64,000 nt of DNA from Pontiella sp. (GTDB lineage Bacteria; Verrucomicrobiota; Kiritimatiellia; Kiritimatiellales; Pontiellaceae): assembly GCA_050290185.1 (NCBI GenBank), contig JBNKHE010000004.1:96001-160000 (forward strand), written 5' to 3'. The position numbers and the translations under genes were made by a program. This document shows positions 29,772 through 39,400 of this stretch, piece by piece; position 1 is the stretch's first letter; every line of letters starts with the position of its first letter. Under the pieces are notes generated by a model that did not search any database, was not told the DNA's origin, and saw only the letters and a list, made by a program, of their open reading frames with translations.

Positions 29772-31133
29772 ATGAGTGCAATAGTCCCCCCAAAAGATCA
29801 GGCGATCCATATCGTTAAAACCTTGCAGAGCCAGGGATATGAAGCCCTGTTTGCGGGCGGATGTGTGCGCGACGAATTGATGGGAAGAACGCCCAAAGAT
29901 TACGACGTCGCGACCAGCGCCCGGCCGGACGAGGTTGAAGCCCTGTTCCCCCGCACTCTGGCCATCGGCAAGGCTTTTGGCGTAATTGGAGTCATTGATG
30001 GAAGGCAGACGGTGGAAGTCGCCACATTCCGCAAGGAAGCGGGAACCCTCGATGGACGCCATCCGGAAACCGTACACTTCTGCGCGGCCGAGGAAGATGC
30101 CTTGCGGCGCGACTTCACCATCAACGGCATGTTCTTTGACCCGGTGAAAAACGAGCTGCATGACTACGTGGGGGGACAAAAGGATCTTGACCGAAGGAAA
30201 ATCGTCGCCATTGGCAATCCAGTTGAACGCTTCCGCGAAGATCACCTGCGCATGTTGCGCGCCATTCGCTTCGCGTACAACCTGGAGTTTGACATCGACG
30301 AGAAAACCGATGCGGCCATCCACCAATTAGCCCGGAAGATTACGCATATAAGCGCCGAGCGTATTGAGACCGAACTGACCCGTACGCTGACCGATAGCGC
30401 AAAACCCGGCGACGCTCTCCACCACCTCTATCGTTCGGGTCTCCTCGAACAAATCCTGCCCGAAATCATTCCCATGATCGGGCAGGAACAACCGCAGCAA
30501 TTCCATCCGGAGGGAGATGTATTTGAGCACACTGTTCTTATGCTCAATCTGATGAATGAAGAGCCCGCAGAAAAACCGGCATACACGCCGCGGGAGCTGG
30601 CCTTTGCGGTATTGCTGCACGATGTCGGTAAACCGCCGACGGCCCGCATGGGTCCTGGCACGGACGGCAAACCACATATCCGCTTCGATGGCCATGCCGA
30701 TGTAAGCGCACGAATGTCGGACGATATTCTGTCCCGGCTTAAATTCCCAAACCGGGAGCGGAAACATATTGTCGATGCCGTACGGGGTCATATGCGCTTC
30801 ATGGATGTGCAGCGCATGCGATCTTCGAAACTGCGCAGGATGATCGGCGCGGAAACCTTCGATCTTGAGATGGAACTGCACCGGCTGGACTGCCTCGGCT
30901 CGCACCGAATGCTGGACAACTATGAGTTTCTGCAGACCTATATGGCGGACATGGAAAACGAACCAGTGCTGCCAACCCCATGGATCAATGGCCATGACCT
31001 GATCGATATGAATATTCGCGAAGGAAAGCGTATCGGAAAAATCCTCAAGGAAGCCTACGACTTTCAGATGGAGGGTCGTTTTGGCTCGCGCGAAGAACTC
31101 CTGAAGTGGGTGCGCCGCCAATATTGCGCGTAA
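29772..31133 (+). CDS. cca: tRNA nucleotidyltransferase (CCA-adding, class II) with HD domain
   Basis: GGCVRD, DYDVAT, EDALRRDFTING, HPEGDVFEHT, LLHDVGKP. Confidence 0.9.
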   Translation: MSAIVPPKDQAIHIVKTLQSQGYEALFAGGCVRDELMGRTPKDYDVATSARPDEVEALFPRTLAIGKAFGVIGVIDGRQTVEVATFRKEAGTLDGRHPETVHFCAAEEDALRRDFTINGMFFDPVKNELHDYVGGQKDLDRRKIVAIGNPVERFREDHLRMLRAIRFAYNLEFDIDEKTDAAIHQLARKITHISAERIETELTRTLTDSAKPGDALHHLYRSGLLEQILPEIIPMIGQEQPQQFHPEGDVFEHTVLMLNLMNEEPAEKPAYTPRELAFAVLLHDVGKPPTARMGPGTDGKPHIRFDGHADVSARMSDDILSRLKFPNRERKHIVDAVRGHMRFMDVQRMRSSKLRRMIGAETFDLEMELHRLDCLGSHRMLDNYEFLQTYMADMENEPVLPTPWINGHDLIDMNIREGKRIGKILKEAYDFQMEGRFGSREELLKWVRRQYCA

Positions 31134-31238
31134 AGATCTGCGTGGATTCCCAGCCGGGTTAAACGGCTTTACAATGGAAAGATTATCATATTTATTCCCC
31201 TTTCTTGAACACGAAAAAGGCACTGGAGGAAAAGTAAT

Positions 31239-32498
31239 ATGGCTTACGATAAGATCAAGGTTCCCAAGGGCGGAAAAATCACCATGCTGGAATATGGGCA
31301 CCTTAACGTGCCGGACAATCCCATTATTCCGTTTATTGAAGGCGATGGAGTGGGCCCGGAAATTACGGCGGCCATGATCAAGATCATCGATGCGGCCGTT
31401 GAGAAAGCCTATGGCGGACAGCGCAAAATCCAGTGGATGGAAATCTATGCCGGCGAAAAAGCCAATGCGGTCTATGGTGAAGACACCTGGCTTCCTGAAG
31501 AAACCCTGCAGGCGATCGATGAATACCGCGTCGCAATCAAGGGCCCGCTCACCACACCCGTGGGCGGCGGCCGCCGCAGCCTGAACGTCACGCTGCGGCA
31601 GGTGCTCGATCTGTACGTCTGCCAGCGCCCCGTCAAATGGTTCCACGGCGTACCGTCGCCGGTGCACAATCCGGACAAGGTCGACATGGTCGTGTTCCGC
31701 GAAAACTCGGAAGATATCTATGCCGGAATCGAATGGGCCGAAGGATCTGCCGAAGTCCAAAAAGTCATTCACTTCCTCCAGGATGAAATGGACGTAAAGA
31801 ACATCCGCTTCCCAGAGGATTCCGGCATTGGCATCAAACCTGTTTCCAAAAGCGGATCACAGCGACTGATCCGGGCTGCGATCGAATATGCCATCCACAA
31901 CAACCGTAAATCCGTCACGATTGTCCACAAGGGCAATATCATGAAGTTTACCGAAGGCGCCTTCCTCAAGTGGGGCATGGAACTGGCGGCAGAGGAATTC
32001 GGAGCCATGTATCATGGAACGGAAAAAGACTACAAGATCAAGAATCCGCACACGGGTGAAGAGATTATCGTGAAAGACTGCATCTGCGATGCCTTCCTGC
32101 AAAACATCCTGCTCAAACCGCAGGATTACGACGTGATCGCCACCCTCAACCTCAACGGCGACTATGCGTCTGACGCACTCGCGGCTTGCGTGGGTGGAAT
32201 CGGCATTTCGCCCGGGGCAAACATCAACTACCGTGATGGGAAAGCGGTATTCGAAGCCACCCACGGCACCGCCCCGGACATTGCCGGACAGGATAAAGTC
32301 AATCCCTGCTCGCTGGTGTTATCCGGTGAAATGATGCTGCGCTACCTACCTTGGACAGAAGCCGCCGACTTCGTCATTAATGCCGTCGACAAAACGATCC
32401 AGGACAAGACCGTAACGGGCGACTTCGCGCATATGATGGAAGATGCAACGTGGCTTTCCTGCTCCGAATTCGCGGATGCCGTGGTTGCGAACATGTAG
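31239..32498 (+). CDS. icd: Isocitrate dehydrogenase, second copy, NAD-type coenzyme signature
   Basis: Collinear with 1-1215 but has HGTAPDIAG and VTGDF. Confidence 0.95.
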   Translation: MAYDKIKVPKGGKITMLEYGHLNVPDNPIIPFIEGDGVGPEITAAMIKIIDAAVEKAYGGQRKIQWMEIYAGEKANAVYGEDTWLPEETLQAIDEYRVAIKGPLTTPVGGGRRSLNVTLRQVLDLYVCQRPVKWFHGVPSPVHNPDKVDMVVFRENSEDIYAGIEWAEGSAEVQKVIHFLQDEMDVKNIRFPEDSGIGIKPVSKSGSQRLIRAAIEYAIHNNRKSVTIVHKGNIMKFTEGAFLKWGMELAAEEFGAMYHGTEKDYKIKNPHTGEEIIVKDCICDAFLQNILLKPQDYDVIATLNLNGDYASDALAACVGGIGISPGANINYRDGKAVFEATHGTAPDIAGQDKVNPCSLVLSGEMMLRYLPWTEAADFVINAVDKTIQDKTVTGDFAHMMEDATWLSCSEFADAVVANM

Positions 32499-32603
32499 CG
32501 CTACGGCCGTCTCTGCATCCCGGGAAAGCCCATGAAAAAGGGCCCCCAACTCGCGGAAAAGACCGCATGATGGGAACCCTTGGGGGGAGGATGAAACTAT
32601 TGC

Positions 32604-32768
32604 CTAAAGGGCGCCTTGCAATGCCTCGATCGCCTTGGCGATCGCATCCTTGGATTCTACGGCATCCTTGGCGCTCTTGATGATTTTCTCGTAGTCCGAG
32701 ATTGGCATCTGCACTGCGACGGCATTGCCGTTACCATCGTAGAAGATCTGTACATTATCCTTTTCCAT
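32604..32768 (-). CDS. Small 54-aa hypothetical protein (absent from the ORF track)
   Basis: AAGGAG RBS, ATG at 32768, MEKDNVQIFYDGNGNAVAVQMPISDYEKIIKSAKDAVESKDAIAKAIEALQGAL, TAG at 32604-32606; resembles N-terminus of the 34730 protein. Confidence 0.8.
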   Translation of the reverse strand: MEKDNVQIFYDGNGNAVAVQMPISDYEKIIKSAKDAVESKDAIAKAIEALQGAL

Positions 32769-32796
32769 GACTTACTCCTTCGGTTCTTTCCATTGT

Positions 32797-33957
32797 TTAT
32801 TTCAGTTTGTTCAGCAAATCCATATGGCCGCTTAGCCAGTCACCGGACTCATCCTTCTTTTCCGGCGAAGGCTGGGCCTGTTTTTCTTCCGCCGAGACCT
32901 CCGGCTTCTTTTCTTCCTGAGCAGCCGGAGCCGGCTCGGAAGCTGGCACGGAAGATTCATCGAGATCCAGTGCCACAGCAGCAACCGGCTCTTCAACCAT
33001 GACGCCACCTTCACGGTCTTCCTCAGCACCGGAGGCATACAGACTGGAATCGAAACCCGACATGGAGAACGTATCTTCCTGACCGGCCTCGTCCATATTG
33101 GGACTGAAGCCATACTCATCCTTCGGAAGGATGAATTCATCATCTTTGTCGATTTCCAGCGGGAAAAATTCTTCTTCCTTCGCTTCGGCAACAGCTGCCG
33201 GAGCCAGGGTTTCCTTGACGGCGGGTACTGCTGGAACTTCGGGTTGAACCGTTTCTTCTGCTACCGCAACCTTAAGTTCTTTCTGTTGTTCCTCAACCTG
33301 CTCGGGAACCTCGATTTTCAAGGCACTGTCCGGCGCTTCCTTCGCAGCCGTTTCGGCTGTGGATTCCTTCTGTACCGCGGCCTGGGCCAAAGACTGACGC
33401 GGATTATAACCAATGCCATAGCGGTTAAGTACCGTCCAGATCAGGCCGACAACGACGCCGGCGATGACGAACGGGAACACTACAGCATTGAGGATGATAC
33501 CGCCGCCTGCGCTGGAAATGCCGCTGTTTAGTACAGCGTCAAGTACTAGCAATCCGGCAATAACAAAGATAAACGGAACCTGCTTCTTGTTGTAGAAAGC
33601 CAGGCGAACCTTCGTGGTGGCATTGCCAACAGCCAATGCACCGAAAGCTCCGTAGGTTGCACCTGCGGTGGTTACTTCAGCCACGCTGACTCCGCCCATT
33701 TCCTGCACGCCTTTGAAGGCGAGAAATCCGCCGGCGACATAAGAAAGTGAAACCACAAGCGGCTGTAGACCAAGCAGAATGACCGCCCAAAGTATGGAGG
33801 CGACATTCAGTGCTACGAAAGCACCCCAAATCACACTATTGCCAACAGGTGCAATTACTCCCTCCCGCGCAGCCAACCAAACTCCCAGATTGGTAGCGAC
33901 GAGGATCAAGCCTGCAACCGTAATCATTGCCATGTTTTTTTGTTTATCCCTATTCAT
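32797..33957 (-). CDS. Hypothetical polytopic membrane protein with long acidic C-terminal tail
   Basis: About six hydrophobic segments in the N-half; E/D/A/P-rich C-half; AAGGGAGA RBS before ATG 33957. Confidence 0.8.
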   Translation of the reverse strand: MNRDKQKNMAMITVAGLILVATNLGVWLAAREGVIAPVGNSVIWGAFVALNVASILWAVILLGLQPLVVSLSYVAGGFLAFKGVQEMGGVSVAEVTTAGATYGAFGALAVGNATTKVRLAFYNKKQVPFIFVIAGLLVLDAVLNSGISSAGGGIILNAVVFPFVIAGVVVGLIWTVLNRYGIGYNPRQSLAQAAVQKESTAETAAKEAPDSALKIEVPEQVEEQQKELKVAVAEETVQPEVPAVPAVKETLAPAAVAEAKEEEFFPLEIDKDDEFILPKDEYGFSPNMDEAGQEDTFSMSGFDSSLYASGAEEDREGGVMVEEPVAAVALDLDESSVPASEPAPAAQEEKKPEVSAEEKQAQPSPEKKDESGDWLSGHMDLLNKLK

Positions 33958-33971
33958 CGTTTTCTCCCTTC

Positions 33972-34730
33972 TCAACCTTTCGCCAGACCAATTTCTCCAA
34001 ATGCCTTGGTCAAAACGTTAAGCATCGTTTTATTCAAATCTCCCACGCGGATGGATACGAGGTTCAGGCGTGATGCCAGCAGTCGCGGAACTTCGCAGAT
34101 ATTGAGCGTGGATAGTTCGTCCGTATAGCGGGGATCCACCGCAAACCGGAGGTCGCCTTCAAAAATATCCACAAAGGCAAACTCCTCCCACTCGTCATAG
34201 TTCCAAAGACTGCAAACGCCGTCTTTCATGGTTACGCGGACGGTTCCGCCGCACGACTCGTTAAGACAGGTGTAGTATTGCTTAAAGACATTCAGCAGCC
34301 GTCCCGAGGAATCATGGGCATTATAATGGGCTTCGATTCCCTTTTTGATCGGTGGAATTTCTGCCGGAGGCTTTGCGCGCATGGTTGAGGATGCATGCTG
34401 GGATTTAACTGATGTGCGACCTTCAGGCGCATCAGGAGAAAACTCAACCGAGACCTTTTCAGCCTTTTCTTCCACCGGAAGTTGCTTCGGCCGGCTTTCT
34501 TTTACCAAATCCGCAGGCGCTTGCTGGGTCTGGGGCTTCCGGTCCACGGCGGGGGCCGACTTCGTAGATTGTCCTTCGAGATAGCGCTGCAGATTGGCCA
34601 GCACATCGGACTTTACCTGCTGAATCTTTTGGGCCTCTCCGGCCCGTTTCATCAACTCAACATATTCCTCATATGGAATCTGAAGATTTCCGTTGTCTCT
34701 CGAGATCAAATATTGAGCTACATTATCCAT
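33972..34730 (-). CDS. Hypothetical protein: small N-domain, low-complexity linker, globular C-domain (possibly DUF5655/YdhG-like)
   Basis: Long ORF in an operon-like arrangement; start at 34730 (RBS-supported) or 34751. Confidence 0.75.
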   Translation of the reverse strand: MDNVAQYLISRDNGNLQIPYEEYVELMKRAGEAQKIQQVKSDVLANLQRYLEGQSTKSAPAVDRKPQTQQAPADLVKESRPKQLPVEEKAEKVSVEFSPDAPEGRTSVKSQHASSTMRAKPPAEIPPIKKGIEAHYNAHDSSGRLLNVFKQYYTCLNESCGGTVRVTMKDGVCSLWNYDEWEEFAFVDIFEGDLRFAVDPRYTDELSTLNICEVPRLLASRLNLVSIRVGDLNKTMLNVLTKAFGEIGLAKG

Positions 34731-34779
34731 CTGTTCCCTAACCTTCTTCATGCATTGTTAAACTCACGCAATGATTTGT

Positions 34780-34795
34780 AGCAACATCCATGCCA
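34780..34795 (-). promoter_or_regulatory. Sigma-54 (-24/-12) promoter of the leftward operon
   Basis: Minus strand TGGCATGGATGTTGCT = GG-N10-GC with TGGCA and TTGC flanks. Confidence 0.75.
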
Positions 34796-34896
34796 TAGAT
34801 CGCAGTCTGCAGAAGAATTGTGTATGTATATCCCGTATAATTGCCGCGGACGGGCTTTATATATAAGAGAAGACGGACTGTTTCTCTTTTATGAAT

Positions 34897-34917
34897 TTCG
34901 GAAAAGAGAGTTCCGAA
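34897..34917. promoter_or_regulatory. Inverted repeat, candidate activator-binding site
   Basis: TTCGGAA-N7-TTCCGAA between two divergent sigma-54 motifs. Confidence 0.4.
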
Positions 34918-35099
34918 TAGATCGGGGAATGAATGGGACCGCTTGGTCGGCGACCCATCCCCCCTATCCTCCCGGAGATCATATCCGAAACCCACCGCCT
35001 TCAATCACTCAACCGGATCTACTCCCCTAATAAGCATTTATTTTACCGTAGCACCCATTCCTTCGAAATCATGAACAAAAGGTATCCCTTTTCTGTGTT

Positions 35100-35115
35100 A
35101 GGCATGGATCTTGCT
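35100..35115 (+). promoter_or_regulatory. Sigma-54 (-24/-12) promoter of the 35154 gene
   Basis: AGGCATGGATCTTGCT = GG-N10-GC. Confidence 0.7.
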
Positions 35116-35153
35116 ATCACCTGATTCACAAAACTAAGTTATGAGGTGAGGAC

Positions 35154-36266
35154 ATGAATAATAAACATAGCAATATGACAAATGTGATGGTTGCACTTCT
35201 GCTGGGAGCAGCAGTCCAATCGATTCGTGCAGAAACAGTCAATACTTGGCGGGGCGATGCGGTTAGCGCCGATTGGAATGAACCCTATAAATGGAAACTG
35301 AACCATGCGCCGGACGAGGGCGAGGCAGCACATTTCAGGGAAGATAACAGCGTCATCTCCATTAACAGCACCATCCAGCTGGATAATGGCATGCACCTAT
35401 ATGGCAAGGAACTGATGCTGAAAGGGAACGGTAACATCAACCTATGGAGCCAGGTTCCCCACGAACGCACGGTCAACATCCCCGCATCCGCCACCGGTTT
35501 TGCAAATCTAACGCTTTGCGATAACCTGTCGTTGAACGGTCGTATTTCCCTGTCCGCAAAAGGATTCGGCACCTCGGCCAGCAAAGGCAGCATAACCCTG
35601 AAGGATCGTTCAACCGTAACCGGGGGTCTTGCAATTGGAAATGAAGGGGTAGGTAGCGGGCAGGTATTCGTAAAGGATAACGCAACATTCCGCATCACCA
35701 GTCTCGAATTGAATACCAAAGCCGAAAAAGGCGGCATGGCGGAACTCCATATTCTTGGCGGCACGGTACGGATTGAAACCGACAAAGATTTTTTCGACGC
35801 ATTCATGGCTGATCCGGGGCGCCGCATTATTATTGGTGATACCGGTACGTTGCGGATTGAGTCAAATCTCCCGATCGCCGAAAAGAAAAAGATGATCAAG
35901 GAAATGATCGCCGGCCATCGCCTTATAGCCGCTCCGGGATGCCGTCTCAGCCCGCCCATTCTGCAGGATGAGATGCTGATTGCTCGTGCCGAGGATACGC
36001 GTTACAACTCTAACGACAATAACGGGGAGTCGCTGTTGGCCGCCATTGACAATATGTCAAACTCAACCCCTTCCGATAACACGGCAGGTTCCGACCTGGG
36101 TGATCTGGTCAAAGCGCTTCATAACGATGCCAACAACCCGGAGGAGAGTATGGCTGATGCCGATGCCGAACAGAAAACCGGCAAGACCCATATGGCCGGC
36201 TATATTGTATTCTTTGGTACCGTTCTGCTTGCATTGCGCCGCGAACCCGACGACGGGCAGGAATAG
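35154..36266 (+). CDS. Secreted/surface protein with beta-rich body and C-terminal TM anchor
   Basis: Signal peptide (...QSIRA); TWRG....DW....KW.....P start; C-terminal GYIVFFGTVLLALRR. Confidence 0.8.
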   Translation: MNNKHSNMTNVMVALLLGAAVQSIRAETVNTWRGDAVSADWNEPYKWKLNHAPDEGEAAHFREDNSVISINSTIQLDNGMHLYGKELMLKGNGNINLWSQVPHERTVNIPASATGFANLTLCDNLSLNGRISLSAKGFGTSASKGSITLKDRSTVTGGLAIGNEGVGSGQVFVKDNATFRITSLELNTKAEKGGMAELHILGGTVRIETDKDFFDAFMADPGRRIIIGDTGTLRIESNLPIAEKKKMIKEMIAGHRLIAAPGCRLSPPILQDEMLIARAEDTRYNSNDNNGESLLAAIDNMSNSTPSDNTAGSDLGDLVKALHNDANNPEESMADADAEQKTGKTHMAGYIVFFGTVLLALRREPDDGQE

Positions 36267-36284
36267 CTCAATCCGAACCGATTT

Positions 36285-36323
36285 AAAAAACGGCATGTTT
36301 CCAAAGGAGACATGCCGTTTTTC
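36285..36323. terminator. Intrinsic terminator after the 35154 gene
   Basis: AAAAACGGCATGTTTCC-AAA-GGAGACATGCCGTTTTT. Confidence 0.8.
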
Positions 36324-36351
36324 ATTGACCGGAAGAGCGAGGCCCGTCCAT

Positions 36352-36367
36352 TGGCATGTAAAGTGCT
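36352..36367 (+). promoter_or_regulatory. Sigma-54 (-24/-12) promoter of the 36408 gene
   Basis: TGGCATGTAAAGTGCT = GG-N10-GC, immediately after a terminator and about 40 bp before the ATG. Confidence 0.6.
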
Positions 36368-36407
36368 TTTAGAAGTCGGATTATTTATATTTTAAACGAG
36401 GCGGAAA

Positions 36408-39400
36408 ATGAAAAAACAAACGAGATTCGCATGTTTTCTTGGCCAGGGTAAATTCCTGGGCGCAATGGCTACCCTCTTCCTATGCCCGGCGGCCAGTCAT
36501 GCCGCCATGACAGATGGACCCATTCAGTTGAGCGTTCCCACCTATCTGCTTCTCGGCCTTCTGCTCGTTTTCTCACTCATCATGTTTTTCATCTTCCAGC
36601 GGCGGTTCAACAATACGAGACACGAACTGCGGGACATTACTACCGAACTGGATACCACCCGAGCCCGCCTTGCGGAGACCAATCGGGAACTCGAATGCAC
36701 GCAAAAGGATCTCAAGGCCACCACCAACCGCTATCAGGGCATCCTGTTTGACGCCAGCGTCGGCATGTTCCAAATCGGACTGGACGGCCAGTGCACATAT
36801 GTAAACAACGCCATGAACGAACTTTCCGGGCTGTATCTCAAAAAAGCACAGCAGGAAGGAATAGTCAGCGCCGTGCATCCGGAAGACCGCCCCCGTTTCG
36901 AGAACGCCTGGAAGGCTTTTGTCGATAATGACGAATCATTCCTCCAGGAATTTCGTTTGCAGCGGAAACTCGGCCGGGAACTAACGGAGGTTCATGTCTC
37001 CTGTCGGGTCAGCAAGGTTCTCAACGCCAAAAAAGAAGTGGAAAGCTACATTGGCTGGATTACGGATATCTCGTCGCTGCACCAGCGTCAACAGGAGGAA
37101 CAGATCCGGACCAGACGCTACCATCAGTTTGTCAACGAAACCCTCGAGGGTCATTACCGGTTGATGACGGATCAGCCGATTCCAATCACCTCCTCCGCCT
37201 CGAAGATGGCTGACGAGATCATGGAAAAAATGGAGCTGATCGACTGCAACTCCACCTTTGCTGCGCTGTACGGATCCAAGACCGATGAATTGGAAGGCAA
37301 GGGAATCAGTGATCTCAATGGTGGCTGCGGCCCGTTTAAGAACAAACAGGACGTCATTGATTTCGTGGAAGCCGGCTACAAGACGGTTCATGCGGAATCG
37401 GTCAAGCAGGATTCCAGCGGAACCCGCCTGAACCTCATTAACGATGTCGTCGGAATCATCGAAGACAACAAGCTGGTCGGTATTTGGGGCGCACAACGCA
37501 ACATCAGCCACCAGAAACGCGAGATGGCCGAAATGACCAGCCAAATGCATTTCATGCATCGCATCCTTAATGCACTGCCGGCCGATGTCCATGTGAAAGA
37601 CACCCGCTGCCGCTACCTCTATGCCAGCAAGAAGCTGGCGGATCGCACCGGGATTTCCCAGGAAGAGTGGATTGGCAAAACCATTCATGAAGTCATTCCG
37701 GGCACCTCCCGCGACCACGACCAACGGGCCATTGATACCATGAAGTCCGGTAAGCTCAACCGCATTGAACGCCCGTACGAAGCCCGTGGAAAATCAGGAT
37801 GGATGGAAACGGTCCAGATACCGCTCGTCTCCGATGATGGTCTCGTGGAAGGGGTGGTTGCTTTATCGTTCGAAATCTCGGACCGCAAGAATAAAGAAGC
37901 TGTAGCACGGCAGAAGTACATGGATCTCGAAACTGTGCTCAAACAGACCCGCGGTGATTTAAATCAGACCCGCAATGAATACAACAAGACCACCACCGCG
38001 CTATCCGAAGCCCTGCAGAAGCTGAAAGTGATTGAAGCGGAAAAGGCCAACCGCGAATATGAGTACAAGCAGCATCTCGAAGAACGCAAACGCACGGAAA
38101 ACAACCTTCGTCGCAATGAAGAAGGTCTTTTGGCCCGTCAGCGCCAGCTTGAGGAACAACTGGCGAAGCGGCTGTCCGAGCTCGAATCCGAAACCGACAA
38201 ACGCAAGAAATGGGAAGAACTCCTGTCCATCCGGGATGAAGAGCTGCACAAAGCCGAAACACTGGCCAAGGAACTGGAACAGCAGCTGTCAGAAGCAGAG
38301 GATTTCCTGAAAAGTACGCAGGAACAGCTGATTCACATCACCGATCAGCACGCTTCAGAGTTCGAAAAAGAAGCCGCGGCACGCGCAGCCGCCGCGGAAA
38401 GGCTAGCGCTCGTACTGCAGCAACTCGAGCAAAGCGATGCAAAATGGAAGGGCGAAATCGAAGCCATCCACAGCCAGCATAAATCCTCAATCAATACCGA
38501 AAGCAATGCCCGGACGACGGCGGAAAAACAATTGGCCAAGACGGAAAAGTTGCTCCAGAAGACGCAGCAGGAAATCCAGCAGATGGCCGAGCGTCATTCC
38601 AAGGAGCTGGAAGAGGAAGTGGCCGAACGCAAAAGTGCCGCTGAAAAACTGATCCACAGCATGGAGGAACTCGACGAGCTGCGGCAGCAGTTCAATGATC
38701 GTCTTGACGAGGAAACCAAGCTGATCAAACAGGAATTGGCACAGAAGCAGATTCGCGAAAAAGCGCTGCGTCAGCATGAGAAGGATCTGGAAGAACGCAT
38801 CAAGGAACTGGAAAGCACTCTTCAGATGAAATCAAGAGAGTTCTCCGAACAGATTCAGGCTCGTGAAGGGGCCGAGGTTCAGAAGAAACAGATCGAGCAG
38901 CGACTAGAACAGATGACCAAACGGCAGCAGGAACTGGTTGCACGCGAAACCCAGAAGTTACAGCTGCACATCGCCGAAATCCGCCTCGAGGAAGTCAAGT
39001 TGCGCAAGGCATCCGGCGACATCCAGCGCGAAAAGGAAGCGCTCGAGGAAATCCTGCAGACACGAAGCAACGAATTGGAAAAAGCTACAGAAAAGCAACG
39101 GGGAACCGAAGCCCTGCTGAACGAAACCAAGTCGCAACTGCAGCAACTTTCCGACCATCAGGATAAGTTGATTGCATCGGAAACCGAAGCCCTGCGTGTC
39201 CAGCTTGTTGAAGTGAACCGACACGGCGAAGAGTTGCAGCAGCAGCTCAAGCAGTTGCAGCTGGGCAAGAAGGAACTGGAAGGTTCGCTAGCGGATCGCA
39301 ATGCCCAGTTGGAAAAGATCGGGAAGGAATACCAGCAGGCCAGAAGTGTATTGAACGAAACGCAAACAAAGCTCAAGCAACTGGCCGATAATCAGTCAAG

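Noticed and set aside
30327..31772. 481-aa minus-strand ORF
   Set aside because: Overlaps cca and icd on the opposite strand; no motif support.
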